The position numbers were made by a program, and so were the translations under genes. Shown one piece after another: positions 62,040 to 64,000 of a DNA stretch of 64,000 nucleotides. Within the stretch, counting starts at the first letter, position 1, and each line of letters opens with the position of its first letter. The stretch comes from Azolla caroliniana. Its lineage: Eukaryota; Plantae; Polypodiophyta. The notes beneath the pieces were generated by a model, which saw only the letters and a program-made list of their open reading frames with translations, ran no database searches and had not been told where the DNA came from. The DNA lies in contig JBHGNT010000016.1 of the NCBI GenBank assembly GCA_043228905.1, forward strand, positions 13,268,001 to 13,332,000, read 5' to 3'.

Positions 62040-64000
62040 TGTTGAGCAGCAAGCTCAACCGGATCCGGATCGGCTGAATAAGCCTGAGCCGGATCGGCAT
62101 TCGGAAGGATGAGCCGTATCGGTGACCCGGTGAGCTGGGGAGCTGTTTAGCCAGGTCCATCAGTAATCGGAAGCCTAGTAGCAGCTAGACTACTAGGCAT
62201 TTAATAGTCTCGTAGTCAGTGCCAGATGCTCGAGTGAGCATTGAAGTACGCGGTACTTCTGTCAGTCCTCTCAGGACTTGTATAAATAGTGTTGTTGAGC
62301 ACGTTTCATGTACAGAGAACTACTATTGTTTTGTAAGAGATTTGAACGTTTTGCTCTCTCTCTCTCTCTCTGTCTCTCCCGAGTACTCTTTGTATTCTGT
62401 GTACTATTCTCTCTCTCTCTGTTCCTACGCAGCCAAGTTGTTGTCTTCCGCTTCCGCACATACGCTTTCACATGGTATTAGAGAGCGAGGGTTGAAAACC
62501 TCTGCAGCTGACATTTGCTTTCGCAAGACAAACCCTACAGGTTGTGAGAATAGAACAGTAGACAGAAAGAAAAAATATGGATAGAGGTATGACGAGTTCA
62601 CTTCGTACAGAGAAGCTCGACCAGAGCAACTATGCGTCCTGGTCATACAAAATGCACCAATACCTACTGGGGCATGGGTATTGGAGTTTCGTGGAAGGAA
62701 TGAATGAGGTAGCACCAGAGCCGAGTATTATACTGCCTCGCGTATTGTGTGCATGACCAGGTACTCGGCTACATAAGGGATGCAAAGACGCCGAAGGAGG
62801 CCTAGGAAAACCTGCGTAAGATTTTCGCCGCAAGTACCACAACTCGTAAGTTGCAGCTCCACAAGAGCCGAACAACATCTGTCAAAAAGATATGTCAGTT
62901 ACAGACTACACCACCAAAATAAAGGAGATTTGCGACGCGCTTGGGTCCATCAACGTGAAGGTGGATGAAGATGAAATAGTACAAATCTGCCTTGGTGGTC
63001 TAGCGCAAAGGTACGGGCCAATCCGGACAGCGATCTGCACCCGGGAGAAACCACCGACCTTCTTCGACTTGCAATCGATGTTGATGGTTGAAGAAAACCA
63101 CGCGAGTAGGTCCAGGACCACTCAAACAGACAACCGGATGTTGTACACGGAGGCGGATAGGCCCCATGGGCGTAGGGGACGAGGTGGGTCGACACGCACT
63201 GGAGGCGGTCGGCAAGAGTAGGAAAGAAGCCATAGAGAACGGGCCGACAATAGTTCCGAGACTTCCACAAGCAGGGGGAGTCAAGGCGGCGCCGGAGGCC
63301 AGCAAGACAAAACCGCCACGGAATGCTGGTACTGTGGCAAAAAGGGCCACAGAGAAAGCGAGTGCTGGAAGAAGCGCGCCGATTTAGACAGATCTGGATC
63401 CGGCAAAACTGGTCTGGAGAACCGGCAAAGCTCGCACTACGCACAAGGATCGAAAGGATCCGGAACCAGGAAGACTGGTAAGGGGCCAGCCTTGGTGATG
63501 AAGCACGAGGAAAATTCGATGAAGAAGACCACTTCCAAATCGGAGGAAGTATGGTATTTTGATTCCGGTGCGTCGAATCACATGACGAGCCACAAAGAGT
63601 GGTTCTCCTTCCTGGAGAAACGGGAAGAACCGGGAGTTGTCGAAACCGGACACGACACTCCTCACCCAATCGTGCATATCGGAGAAGTCCCTTTGAGCCA
63701 CGTCGGACAAAGGGGGAAGCTGATGAACGTATTACATGTTCCGAATATCACGAAGAACCTGGTGTCTGTTGGACAGATTGTCAACCAGGGGATGCAGGTG
63801 CGGTTTATGCACCTCGGGTGCTTCATCGAGGAAGAAGGCCAAATCATTGCGCAAGGGCGCAGAGACAGGAGGATGTTCATCCTCAACACCAATGACGTCG
63901 GCATCACGTTGTTCGCCGAAGGACAGAAGATTGAATCGGATATTGATCTCTAGCACAAGCGGATCGGCCACGTCAATTACCGGTGGCTTCAAGACTTGCA
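62040..64000 (+). mobile_element. Ty1/copia element I (C2 family), 5' part; runs off the window
   Basis: 5' LTR at 62040-62472 is similar to the reverse complement of 18818-19233. PBS TGGTATTAGAG at 62473. gag with CWYCGKKGHRESEC knuckle and protease WYFDSGAS. Confidence 0.92.

Overview
Eukaryotic plant DNA, inferred to be from a non-seed plant such as a fern or lycophyte because it carries Tcn1/Tf1-like chromoviruses and a Penelope-like element. The window is a deeply nested retrotransposon field around one apparently intact host gene, a G-type lectin S-domain non-RD receptor kinase (29263-32533, one 94-nt intron). I resolved three related chromodomain Ty3/gypsy copies (one nearly intact), about eight Ty1/copia insertions, three solo LTRs, a 5'-truncated LINE, a MITE and a Penelope-like element (PLE), most with LTR ends, primer-binding sites (PBS), polypurine tracts (PPT) and target-site duplications (TSDs) read directly from the sequence. 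The most notable signals are non-coding. (1) The PLE reverse transcriptase ends without a C-terminal endonuclease and is followed by a complete minimal type I hammerhead ribozyme and telomere-like repeats. (2) All five chromovirus LTRs carry a tRNA-like A-box/B-box cassette pointing antisense. (3) These chromoviruses show a covarying Tf1-type self-priming site and a -1 frameshift stem-loop. (4) Individual families are strongly enriched for the palindromes TAGTACTA or CCGG. All counts are by eye and no database searches were run.
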